Source: Candidatus Lustribacter sp.
GTDB lineage: Bacteria; Vulcanimicrobiota; Vulcanimicrobiia; Vulcanimicrobiales; Vulcanimicrobiaceae
Length of the DNA stretch: 64,000 bases
Assembly (NCBI GenBank): GCA_965277805.1
Contig: OZ255842.1
Location: 4,256,001 to 4,320,000, forward strand
Direction of reading: 5' to 3'
This document shows positions 8,954 through 17,393 of this stretch, in pieces (position 1 is the stretch's first letter; every line of letters starts with the position of its first letter). A program made the translations under genes and the position numbers. A model generated the notes under the pieces. It searched no databases and was not told the origin of the DNA. It worked only from the letters and a program-made list of their open reading frames with translations.

Positions 8954-10153
8954 ATGACGACCCTCGAGCAGCAATACGACTACCTCAACGCCGCCGTTTC
9001 CCGTTTGGGAAGCGAAGCCGCATTCGAGGTATTGGGCCGAGCGCGTGCGCTGCAAGAAGCGGGCCGTTCGATCGTACACCTCGAGGTCGGAGAACCGGAC
9101 TTCGACACGCCCGAGCACATCAAGACGGCCGGCAAGCTTGCGATCGATGAGAACTTCACCCACTATGCACCCAACCCGGGCATCATGGAGTTCCGCCGCG
9201 TCATCGCCGATTACGCCACGCAATTTCGCGGACTGAACACGCCGTACGACGCGAACAACGTCGTCGTCGCGCCGGGCGCAAAACAGATTATTTGGAACTT
9301 GCTCTCGGCCGTGCTCGATCCCGGCGATGAGATGCTTTACGCGGATCCGGCGTATCCGACGTACGCGGTGTGCGCATCGTACCTCGGCGCGAAACCCGTG
9401 CCGGTGCGGCTGCTCGAATCCAAAGAGTGGCGCCTCGACCTCGACGAACTGGCCGCCAAAGTTACGCCGCGCACGAAAGTGCTGATCATCAACAGCCCGA
9501 GCAATCCGACCGGTGGCGTGCTCTCGCGCGACGATTTAGCGGCGATCGCCGAGATCGCCGCCAAACACCGCTTCCTCATCCTCACCGACGAGATCTACTG
9601 TCGCCACGTCTACGGGCAGAAGTTCGAATCGATCACGCAATTCGAAGAATTGCGCGATCGCATCATCCTGGTCGACGGTTTCTCGAAAGCCTATGCGATG
9701 ACGGGCTGGCGCTTGGGCTATTGCATCGCGCCGCCGCAAGTCGCAAAAGCTGCGACGCTGATGGCCAACAACACCTACGCGTGCACGTCGACGTTCATCC
9801 AGAAAGCCGGCATCGCCGCGCTGCTGGGTCCGGACGAACCGGTGATCGAGATGCGCGACATCTTCCACAAACGCCGCGACATGGTCATCGCCGGGCTCAA
9901 CGCGATTCCCAACGTCACCGCGTGCATGCCGCCCGGCGCGTTCTACGCGTTTCCGAACATCAGCAAAGTCACTCCGGACGACAAACGCCTGGCGTCGTAC
10001 TTGCTCGAAGAGGCCGGCGTGGCGTTACTCGGCGGTTCGTGCTTCGGCGATGCCGGCGCCGGCTGTCTGCGCATTTCGTACGCGAGCTCGATCGAAAACC
10101 TCGAAGAAGCGCTGCGCCGCATGCGCGTCGCGCTCCCCAAGTTCCCGGGATAG
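8954..10153 (+). CDS. PLP-dependent class I/II aminotransferase (AspC-like)
   Basis: VGEPDFDTP, INSPSNPTG, DEIY, GFSKAYAMTGWRLG, GAFYAF, LRISYA; ATG at 8954. Confidence 0.93.
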   Translation: MTTLEQQYDYLNAAVSRLGSEAAFEVLGRARALQEAGRSIVHLEVGEPDFDTPEHIKTAGKLAIDENFTHYAPNPGIMEFRRVIADYATQFRGLNTPYDANNVVVAPGAKQIIWNLLSAVLDPGDEMLYADPAYPTYAVCASYLGAKPVPVRLLESKEWRLDLDELAAKVTPRTKVLIINSPSNPTGGVLSRDDLAAIAEIAAKHRFLILTDEIYCRHVYGQKFESITQFEELRDRIILVDGFSKAYAMTGWRLGYCIAPPQVAKAATLMANNTYACTSTFIQKAGIAALLGPDEPVIEMRDIFHKRRDMVIAGLNAIPNVTACMPPGAFYAFPNISKVTPDDKRLASYLLEEAGVALLGGSCFGDAGAGCLRISYASSIENLEEALRRMRVALPKFPG

Positions 10154-10200
10154 GATTCACGTTCCGTGAATCCGTTGCGTTTGGGCTACGCCCAAGCCGC
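10153..10200 (+). repeat. Double-hairpin REP-like element, family A, copy 2, between convergent genes
   Basis: GGATTCACG-TTC-CGTGAATCC GTTGCGTTTGGGC-TAC-GCCCAAGCCGC fills the whole gap between the two stop codons. Confidence 0.75.
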
Positions 10201-11190
10201 CTACGAAGCCCCCATTGCGCGCTTGACCTGATCGACCGTGGCACGAGCCACAGGACGCACGGCGTCCGCGCCCTGCTTGAGTAATTCGGTCACGGTGGCC
10301 GGATCGGCGGAAAGCTCGGCGTAGCGTTCGCGCAGCGGACGCAGCGTCTCGACGAGGACCTCGACCAGCTCTTTCTTCACGTCGCCGTAACCGCGGACGT
10401 TCGCGAAATGTTCCTCGGCCTGCGCGATCGTCGTGCCGGTGGCGGCGGCGTAAATTGCCAGCAGGTTCGTAATGCCGGGTCGTGCCGGATCGGCGCGCAC
10501 TTCACGGCCGCTGTCGGTCTGCGCCGACATCACCGCTTTTTTGATCTGCTCGGGCGAATCCAGCACGCCCACCGCGTGATACGATCCCGGCGCGCTCTTC
10601 GACATCTTTTTGGTTGGATCGTCGAGACCCATGATTCGCGCGCCCGCCTTCGGTATCGCCGGTTCGGGGATGACGAACACCTCGCCGTAGGTGGAATTGA
10701 AACGCTGCGCGAGATCGCGCGCCAACTCGACGTGCTGCTTTTGATCGTCGCCGACCGGCACGTGCGTCGTGCGATAGAGCAGGATGTCGGCCGCCATCAA
10801 GATCGGGTAGGTGAAGAGACCAACGCGCGCATCGCCGCGCTGCGTCTCGGACTTCTCTTTGTACTGCGTCATGCGCTGCATTTGGCCCATCGCCGCAACG
10901 CACGACAGATACCACGTGAGTTCGCCGTGTTCGCACACGTCGCTCTGCACGAACAGCCGCGACTTGCTCTGATCGATGCCGGCCGCCAGGAGCAGCATCG
11001 CAAATTCGAGCGTGTGGGCGCGCAAGGCGTCCGGATCCTGCGGCACCGTGAGCGCGTGCATGTTGACAAGGCAGAAGATGTTCTCGGCGTCGTCTTGTCC
11101 CGTGACCCACTGTTTGATCGCACCGAAATAATTGCCGATGTGAATAGAGCCGGTGGGCTGGATGCCGGAAAAGACGACGGGACGTGACAT
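10201..11190 (-). CDS. trpS: Tryptophan--tRNA ligase
   Basis: FSGIQPTGSIHIGNY (HIGH), YPILMAADIL, VPVGDDQKQH, KKMSKS; ATG at 11190. Confidence 0.97.
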   Translation of the reverse strand: MSRPVVFSGIQPTGSIHIGNYFGAIKQWVTGQDDAENIFCLVNMHALTVPQDPDALRAHTLEFAMLLLAAGIDQSKSRLFVQSDVCEHGELTWYLSCVAAMGQMQRMTQYKEKSETQRGDARVGLFTYPILMAADILLYRTTHVPVGDDQKQHVELARDLAQRFNSTYGEVFVIPEPAIPKAGARIMGLDDPTKKMSKSAPGSYHAVGVLDSPEQIKKAVMSAQTDSGREVRADPARPGITNLLAIYAAATGTTIAQAEEHFANVRGYGDVKKELVEVLVETLRPLRERYAELSADPATVTELLKQGADAVRPVARATVDQVKRAMGAS

Positions 11191-11194
11191 GCCG

Positions 11195-11965
11195 TTATGC
11201 TTCGCCGCGATACGCGATGCGCATCCCCGCAAACGTTCCGCCCTGCTCGATGCGTTCGCGTACGAACGCGCGCGCGAATTCGATCGCGAGCGGCAGCGCG
11301 TCGCCGAACGCGCAGCGCACGGCGATCGCGCACGCAAGCAGCGAACCGGTGCCGCGCAAATCGAGCGGGATGCGTGCGCTGCGGAACTCGTGCACCTCAC
11401 CGGCGCGGGCGAGCAGATCGCACGCATCGCCGTCGAGATGCCCGCCCTTGAGCAGCACCGCGTGCGGCCCGAGCGCGAGCAAGGCGGGCAACGCGGCGCG
11501 CATCGCCGCCGGATCCGCGACGGGCCTGCCGGTCAGCAGCGCGGCCTCGGCGAGATTCGGCGTCAGCAGCGTGCAGCGCGCGAAGAGCGCCTCGCGCATC
11601 GCTGCGAGGGTCGCGTCGGAGGCGAGGCGGTCGCCGCCGCTGGCCGCGATGACCGGATCGCAGATCACCGGCACGCCGGGATAGCGATCGAGGCCGGCGG
11701 CCACCGCCCGCACCGAGGGCGCATCGAGCAGCGCGCCCACGCAGAACGCGCCGACCGCCACGCCGGCAAGCGCATCGAACTGCGCCGCGATCGTGGCCGA
11801 GTCGACGGGCGCCCGGGCGAGGACGCGGTCCGCATCCTGGGCGCTGACCCCGGCGGCGACCGCCACCGGCTGTGCGCCCAACGCGCGGATGACGGTCAAG
11901 TCGAGCAGCAGTCCCGCAGCGGCGTAGGGGTGGGTGGTGCCGACCGCGGCCACGACCGGGGTCAC
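11195..11965 (-). CDS. thiD: Hydroxymethylpyrimidine/phosphomethylpyrimidine kinase
   Basis: ICDPVIAASGG, LLTPNLAEA, VLLKGGH, RGTGSLLA; adjacent to thiE. Confidence 0.85.
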   Translation of the reverse strand: MTPVVAAVGTTHPYAAAGLLLDLTVIRALGAQPVAVAAGVSAQDADRVLARAPVDSATIAAQFDALAGVAVGAFCVGALLDAPSVRAVAAGLDRYPGVPVICDPVIAASGGDRLASDATLAAMREALFARCTLLTPNLAEAALLTGRPVADPAAMRAALPALLALGPHAVLLKGGHLDGDACDLLARAGEVHEFRSARIPLDLRGTGSLLACAIAVRCAFGDALPLAIEFARAFVRERIEQGGTFAGMRIAYRGEA

Positions 11966-12582
11966 GCGCCCGTCCAGGCCCCGACGAATGCCCGGGCCGC
12001 TTCTTCCGGATCGGCGGCCGCAGCGAGCGCCGAGATGACCGCGGCCATCGCGGCGCCCGTCTCGCGCACCCGCGGCAGCGATGCCAGGCTGATGCCCCCG
12101 ATGGCCGCCACCGGCAGCGCGGTCGCCTCCACCACGACGCGCACGCCGTTCACCCCGATCGGGCCGCCGGCGTCGTCTTTGGAGGCGGTCGCGAAGATCG
12201 GCCCGGCCCCCAGATAGTCGACCAGCCCCGCCGGAACGGCCCGGGCCTCGGCCGGCGTGCCGCAGGAGAGGCCGATCGCACGCGGCCCGAGCCGGTCGCG
12301 CAGCGCGCGCAGGTCGTGCCCCGCCAGATCTTCCTGACCCAGATGGACCCCGTCGGCCTCGAGCGCCAGTTCGACGTCGTCGTTGGCGATCGCCGTGCCG
12401 CCGGCCGCCCGGATCCGCGCGACCGTCGCGCGGAACAGGCCGGGCGCGATCCCGCGTTTGGCGCGCACTTGCACGAGGCGAATGCCGCCGCGCAGCAACG
12501 CGTCGAGGTAGGCCATGGGCTCGGCGTGCGCGGCCGGATCGATCAGCGCGTAGACGCCGCTGAAGCGCTCGGCGTTCGTCAT
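11962..12582 (-). CDS. thiE: Thiamine-phosphate synthase
   Basis: VQVRAK, IANDD, ADGVHLGQED, DYLGAGPIFATASK, AIGGI, AVISAL; ATG at 12582. Confidence 0.93.
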   Translation of the reverse strand: MTNAERFSGVYALIDPAAHAEPMAYLDALLRGGIRLVQVRAKRGIAPGLFRATVARIRAAGGTAIANDDVELALEADGVHLGQEDLAGHDLRALRDRLGPRAIGLSCGTPAEARAVPAGLVDYLGAGPIFATASKDDAGGPIGVNGVRVVVEATALPVAAIGGISLASLPRVRETGAAMAAVISALAAAADPEEAARAFVGAWTGA

Positions 12583-13400
12583 GCCGGCGCCGCGATATCC
12601 GGCACGTCGAGGGCGAACGGTAGCTCCGAGCCGTCGCGCAAATTCGGGGCCACCGTCAACGCGAAATTCAGCGCGCCGTCGGGCAGCCGCGGGGCCGCAA
12701 ACGACAGCACGCCGGTGACTTGTGCACCGCTCGCGAGCCGCACCCCGAGAAACAGCCGGCGATCCGTACCGGCCCACGTTTTCGTGTTGACGATCGGTCG
12801 GTAGACGTGTCCGGCGCCATCACGCAATACGCTGCGGCCGTACGGAAGCAGCGTCAAAAAACCGTTGCCCCCATTGGCAAATGTCACTACACACGCGATC
12901 GCGTGCGCGTAGAACGAAACCTTTTTTACGCTGACCCGCAAGCCGTTCGACGTGCCGGCCGCCGACGTTGCAACGGCGCGCCACGGACGCCCGAGATCCT
13001 TGATGCGCGCGCGCGTACCGGAGCCGATGACACCATAGGCAACGGTCACGTTCGCCGTTGCCGGCGCATCGTGCGACGGGTCGTAGAGATGGATCGCTTC
13101 GCGCGCGAAGTACAGGCGAAATGCCGCGTTGCCGCGCGCGCCGAGCAGCGTGTATGAATCGAGCGCGAAGCGGTCGGCGGTAAACGCGCTGGCGAAATTA
13201 CGCGCGCTGCGAAAGTACGCGCGCGCCGGCGCATCGAGCAGTGCGTAGGCCTCGGCGTAGCGTTTGGCGGCCAGCGCGTCGACGTAGCGCCGCACCAGCG
13301 CGGTCTGCGGGCCGGCCGGGACGGGATCGAGCCGGTCGGCCGGTGCGGCGGCGAGCAGCACCACGGCCGCGGCGGCGGCGGCGATGCTGCGCCGGATCAC
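12579..13400 (-). CDS. Secreted hypothetical protein
   Basis: Signal peptide (MIRRSIAAAAAAVVLLAAAP); 4-nt overlaps with both parB and thiE; no family recognised with certainty. Confidence 0.7.
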   Translation of the reverse strand: MIRRSIAAAAAAVVLLAAAPADRLDPVPAGPQTALVRRYVDALAAKRYAEAYALLDAPARAYFRSARNFASAFTADRFALDSYTLLGARGNAAFRLYFAREAIHLYDPSHDAPATANVTVAYGVIGSGTRARIKDLGRPWRAVATSAAGTSNGLRVSVKKVSFYAHAIACVVTFANGGNGFLTLLPYGRSVLRDGAGHVYRPIVNTKTWAGTDRRLFLGVRLASGAQVTGVLSFAAPRLPDGALNFALTVAPNLRDGSELPFALDVPDIAAPA

Positions 13401-14263
13401 GCCGAGTCGCCGAGCAGAAGGTCGACGATCCGCAGCAGCTCGTCGTCATCGGAGAAGCGGATCTCGATCGAGCCGCCGCGTTCGCGCCGCACGAGCGCGA
13501 TGTGCGTCGCGAGCTTGTAGCGCAGGCGATCGACAACGGCGGCCGTCTCGGCATCCAGCGTCCTCGCCGGTGCGCGCGGCTTGGCGGCCGGCTCGCGCGC
13601 CAGCGCTTCGATCGCGCGGACGGTGAGGCCGTCGTCGGCCGCGCGCTTCGCGATCGCCTCGCGTTGCGCTTCGGGGATCGAGAGCAGCGCGCGGGCCGCG
13701 CGCGCGTTGAGCCGGCCCTCGCGCAGCAGCGCCTTGATCGGATCGGATAATGTCAATAACCGCAAGGCATTTGCGATCGCGGGACGGCTGCGGCCGACGC
13801 GCTGCGCGACCGCATCTTGCGTGAACTCGTAGGCTTCCATCAGGTGCGCGAAGCCCATCGCTTCTTCGAGCGGATCGAGGTTCTCGCGCTGGAGGTTCTC
13901 GATGATCGCGATCTCGAGCGACTGCTTGTCATCGGCCGTGCGCACGAGCGCCGGAATGACTGACAGGCCGGCCGCGACCGCCGCGCGCCAGCGCCGCTCG
14001 CCCGCGATCAGTTCGTACTTCTCGCCCTCGAGCCGGCGCACGATGATCGGCACGAGCACGCCGAGCTCGGTAATCGACGTTTGCAATTCGGCCAGCGCTG
14101 CGGCGTCGAACGTCGTGCGCGGCTGATACGGATTCGGCGAGACCGCGTTCACCGGAACGTTGATCAAGCCGGTGCGCGCTGCCGGCGCATCGGCCGGCTT
14201 CGCGATGGGATTGCCGAGCAGCGCGCCGAGGCCGCTGCCGAGTCCGCGTTTCGGCGCGCTCAC
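13397..14263 (-). CDS. parB: Chromosome partitioning protein ParB/Spo0J
   Basis: KRGLGSGLGALL, PNPYQPR, IAGERRWRA, IENLQRENL, HTH VGRSRPAIANALRLL. Confidence 0.97.
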   Translation of the reverse strand: MSAPKRGLGSGLGALLGNPIAKPADAPAARTGLINVPVNAVSPNPYQPRTTFDAAALAELQTSITELGVLVPIIVRRLEGEKYELIAGERRWRAAVAAGLSVIPALVRTADDKQSLEIAIIENLQRENLDPLEEAMGFAHLMEAYEFTQDAVAQRVGRSRPAIANALRLLTLSDPIKALLREGRLNARAARALLSIPEAQREAIAKRAADDGLTVRAIEALAREPAAKPRAPARTLDAETAAVVDRLRYKLATHIALVRRERGGSIEIRFSDDDELLRIVDLLLGDSA

Positions 14264-15066
14264 GCGGGCGTAACCTCGACCGAGCCGATGCCGCCGATCG
14301 TCTCACGCGCCAGCGAGATATACGCTTGCGCGCCGCGGCTTTTCGGATCGAAGAGCACCGCGGGTTTGCCGTAGGACGGTGCTTCGGAAAGCCGGATATT
14401 GCGCGGAATTTGCGTGTGAAACACGCGTTCGGGAAAGAAGCGGTGCACTTCGTCGAGCACTTCGGTTGCAAGCCGCGTGCGCCCGTCGAACATCGTGATC
14501 AGCACGCCGAGAATCTCGAGTTCCGGATTGAGCGCTTCGCGCGCGCGCTCGACGATCGTCGTCAATTGCGAGAGACCTTCGAGCGCGTAATATTCAGCTT
14601 GAACCGGGATGATGATCTCCTGCGCTGCAGCGAGCGCGTTGACGGTAAGCAGCCCGAGCGACGGCGGGCAGTCGATCATGACGATGTCGTACGCATTACC
14701 GGTCGCGGCCAGCGCGTCTTTCAAACGGTGCTCGCGCCGCTCGATCGTGACCAATTCGATTTCGGCGCCCGCGAGCGCCAGCGTCGCCGGAAGTATCCAC
14801 AGGTTTTCCACATCGGTGGGTTGGACCGCATCCGCGATCGCGACCCCGTCGAGCAGCACCGAGTACGAATCCAGCTCCATGGCACGCTTGTCGATGCCGA
14901 CGCCTGTCGTAGTATTGCCTTGTGGGTCGATATCGACGAGCAGCACGCGGCGGCCCATGAGCGCAAGCGAGGCTCCCAGGTTGACCGCGGTCGTGCTCTT
15001 GCCGACGCCGCCTTTTTGGTTGACGACCGCAATGATCCGCGTCGTCCCCTGCCCGTTACTTGCCAA
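14260..15066 (-). CDS. parA: Chromosome partitioning ATPase ParA/Soj
   Basis: NQKGGVGKSTT, DIDPQGN, IDCPPSLG, PVQAEYYALEG, IPRNIRLSEAPS; probable TTG start at 15066. Confidence 0.96.
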   Translation of the reverse strand: MASNGQGTTRIIAVVNQKGGVGKSTTAVNLGASLALMGRRVLLVDIDPQGNTTTGVGIDKRAMELDSYSVLLDGVAIADAVQPTDVENLWILPATLALAGAEIELVTIERREHRLKDALAATGNAYDIVMIDCPPSLGLLTVNALAAAQEIIIPVQAEYYALEGLSQLTTIVERAREALNPELEILGVLITMFDGRTRLATEVLDEVHRFFPERVFHTQIPRNIRLSEAPSYGKPAVLFDPKSRGAQAYISLARETIGGIGSVEVTPA

Positions 15067-16444
15067 TGCTATAGTGCTCGTCGATGTAGCGCTTAGCGCG
15101 CTCGACCAGCAGGTGCCGCTCGTTCCGAGTCGGATCATCGACGACCTCTTCGAACAGCGCGGCCAACACGGCGCCCACCCGCGCGTCGCCGCGGAAGCCC
15201 GGCGGCGCCGCCCCGGCCTCGATCAACAGCCCAATCACGTCCTCGCCCGAGATCGCAAGATCGCGCACAGCCAGCGGCGGTTTTTCTTCCAGCACCTGCG
15301 CGACGCGCGCTTCGAACAGTTCGTTGTCTTGCGAACGCTTAGGCAAGCCGCTGCCGATAATATCCGCGTGGCGTAAGGCAAAAAGCCGTTCGAGATGCGC
15401 CGGACCGATGCGATTGATGAAGCGCCGGATCGCTTTCGGCTGCAGCGTCGGATCGGCCGAATACATGTGCGAACGCACCAGATGCTCGACCGTCGCGATC
15501 GTCTCATTCGGAAAGCGCCAGCGCTGCAGCATCCTAACCGCCATGTCCGCCCCGACGTGCTCGTGACGGTAGAAATGCGGACCGTCCTTCGTGCGTGGCT
15601 TGCCGACGTCGTGGAGCAATGCAGCTAGCCGCAGCACAACATCGCCCGAAGGCGCCGCGTCGGCCGTCTCGAGGTTGTGGCGATACACGTCGTAGGCATG
15701 CCACTCGTTCTGGTCGATGCCGACACCCTCGACCACCTCGGGCCAGAGTTCGGCCAGGACACACGTCGTGCGGAGGATCTCGATGCCGGTCGATGGCCGG
15801 CCGGGGGTGCCAAAAAGCTTCAGCAGCTCTTCGCAGACGCGTTCGGGCGAGACCGTGCGCACGAGACCGGCTGCCGCTATCATTCCCTCGCGAGCGCCGT
15901 CGCTGAGCTCGAAGCCGAAGCGGGCGGCGAACTGGGCGGCTCGCAGCAGGCGAAGCGGATCTTCGTCGAACGTTTTTGCAGACACGATGTCGATCCGGCG
16001 GGCCGCGATGTCGGCCACGCCGCCGTACGGATCGATGATCACGTCGTCGCTGATGCGGCGCGCGATCATGTTCATGCGGAAGTCGCGCCGGCCGAGATCC
16101 TCCTCGATCGTGATGCCGGGGCCGCTCTCGACCACGAAGTCACGGTGGCCTGTGCCCGTCGACTGCTCGCGGCGCGGCAACGCGAGGTCGGCATTGCCCT
16201 CTAGTGCCGAGAGTTTGACGACCGAGAACGAGGCGCCAACGACATTGACGCGGCCCACGGAGCGTAGGCGGGCGACTAGTGCTTCGACGGAGAGGCCGGT
16301 GACGACGTAGTCGAGGTCCTTGGGGGGCGAGATCGTTGGATCGAACCGCGCTCGGAATTCGTCGCGTACCCGTCCGCCGACCGCGTAGAGCGACTTGGCG
16401 GGCAACGCCTCCGCGAGGCGCCGGTCTAGCGGGTGAGCGGTCAC
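15056..16444 (-). CDS. cca: CCA tRNA nucleotidyltransferase/poly(A) polymerase family protein with HD domain
   Basis: YAVGGRVRD, DLDY, DLGRRDFRMN, EDPLRLLRA, LLHDVGKP; start GTG 16444 or ATG 16453. Confidence 0.85.
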   Translation of the reverse strand: MTAHPLDRRLAEALPAKSLYAVGGRVRDEFRARFDPTISPPKDLDYVVTGLSVEALVARLRSVGRVNVVGASFSVVKLSALEGNADLALPRREQSTGTGHRDFVVESGPGITIEEDLGRRDFRMNMIARRISDDVIIDPYGGVADIAARRIDIVSAKTFDEDPLRLLRAAQFAARFGFELSDGAREGMIAAAGLVRTVSPERVCEELLKLFGTPGRPSTGIEILRTTCVLAELWPEVVEGVGIDQNEWHAYDVYRHNLETADAAPSGDVVLRLAALLHDVGKPRTKDGPHFYRHEHVGADMAVRMLQRWRFPNETIATVEHLVRSHMYSADPTLQPKAIRRFINRIGPAHLERLFALRHADIIGSGLPKRSQDNELFEARVAQVLEEKPPLAVRDLAISGEDVIGLLIEAGAAPPGFRGDARVGAVLAALFEEVVDDPTRNERHLLVERAKRYIDEHYSIGK

Positions 16445-16484
16445 GTGCGTCATTCTACCGCACTACGCGGCTTGGGACCCGTAA

Positions 16485-16500
16485 TGTTTCCCGGGAAACA
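16485..16500. promoter_or_regulatory. parS-like centromere site 1
   Basis: Perfect palindrome TGTTTCCCGGGAAACA; canonical parS is TGTTTCACGTGAAACA; lies upstream of parAB. Confidence 0.85.
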
Positions 16501-16515
16501 ATTCGGTGGTGGCGG

Positions 16516-16660
16516 CGAGGCGGGGCGCCGCGTTGCTGCGTGGGGGACATCGCGATTTTCCGTCCTGGAAAATCACGACTCGGCTGAGGCGCTGCTCTCG
16601 GCATCCTGCCTTCGCAGCGCCTCAGACGCCCCCCGCGCAGCAACGCGGCACCCCACCTCG
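16516..16660. repeat. Long inverted-repeat structured element between the parS sites
   Basis: 31-bp arms (16516-16546 and 16630-16660, 3 non-Watson-Crick pairs) enclose hairpins GATTTTCC/GGAAAATC and CTGAGGCGCTGC/GCAGCGCCTCAG. Confidence 0.7.
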
Positions 16661-16677
16661 CGGCGCGATTCAGGCGG

Positions 16678-16693
16678 TGTTTCCCGGGAAACA
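16678..16693. promoter_or_regulatory. parS-like centromere site 2
   Basis: Second exact copy of TGTTTCCCGGGAAACA, 193 bp from the first. Confidence 0.85.
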
Positions 16694-16706
16694 TTTTTAG
16701 CTTGGG

Positions 16707-17390
16707 TTAGAGACAGAGGGGGCGTTTTTCTGGGACGCCGTTTCGGCGGGGGAAGCGTTGCTCGGTGTGGCGCGTCTTTTGTAAGACCAGGATTCGGCGG
16801 TCGCCTTCTAGCTCGCGTTCCTCGAGTAGTTTTGCGCCTAGCATGGGGGCGGCGTCTTCTAGGGCTTGACGTTCGCGGTGCTCCATGATGGTGCGTTGGA
16901 GTAGCGCTCGGCCGCCTAGGCGGAGGAATGGGACTGTTAGCTCGGCGACCGTGGGGGCGCGTGATACGGCCCGGGCCGATGCGAAGGCGAATTGCTCGCG
17001 GTAGCGTTCGTTGCGGGCGACGACCTCGGCTCGGTCGGCGATCGCCTCGCCGGGGAGGCCTAGGTCGAGGAGGGCTCTTTCTAGGAAGGCTGCTTTCTTG
17101 GCGGTTGGTTCGATTAGGACGACGCGGGCGCCGGTGGCGATGGCTAGGGGGATTCCCGGCAGGCCGCCGCCTGAACCGACGTCGACCAAGTTCTCGGTAA
17201 CATCGTTTGCCAAAGTTAGCGCGTCCAGGAGATGCGGCAGTAGCGCTACGGGGTCTTTGGCGCCGGTAAGGTTCACTTTACGGTTCGCCTCGAGCAGCAG
17301 CGCGCCGTATGCCGCGAGGCGTTCTGCTACGTCGTCGCTGACGCCGGCTGCGGTTAGGGCGGCGTGTAGGATCGCGTGTTCCGTGGGCAA
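16707..17390 (-). CDS. rsmG: 16S rRNA m7G527 methyltransferase RsmG (GidB)
   Basis: NLTG, HLLDAL, DVGSGGGLPGIPLAI, KKAAFL, RAE, ARAVS, FPRRNGVP; downstream of mnmG. Confidence 0.95.
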   Translation of the reverse strand: MPTEHAILHAALTAAGVSDDVAERLAAYGALLLEANRKVNLTGAKDPVALLPHLLDALTLANDVTENLVDVGSGGGLPGIPLAIATGARVVLIEPTAKKAAFLERALLDLGLPGEAIADRAEVVARNERYREQFAFASARAVSRAPTVAELTVPFLRLGGRALLQRTIMEHRERQALEDAAPMLGAKLLEERELEGDRRILVLQKTRHTEQRFPRRNGVPEKRPLCL

Positions 17391-17393
17391 TGC

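Noticed and set aside
12583-12780. TPP riboswitch upstream of thiE/thiD
   Set aside because: The region is coding sequence of the upstream gene and I see no TPP aptamer core.
16467-16476. GCGGCTTGGG, matching the end of repeat family A
   Set aside because: Only 10 nt with no partner arm or first hairpin; may be chance or a remnant.
17377-17392. TGTTCCGTGGGCAATG as a third parS site
   Set aside because: Not palindromic and too many mismatches.
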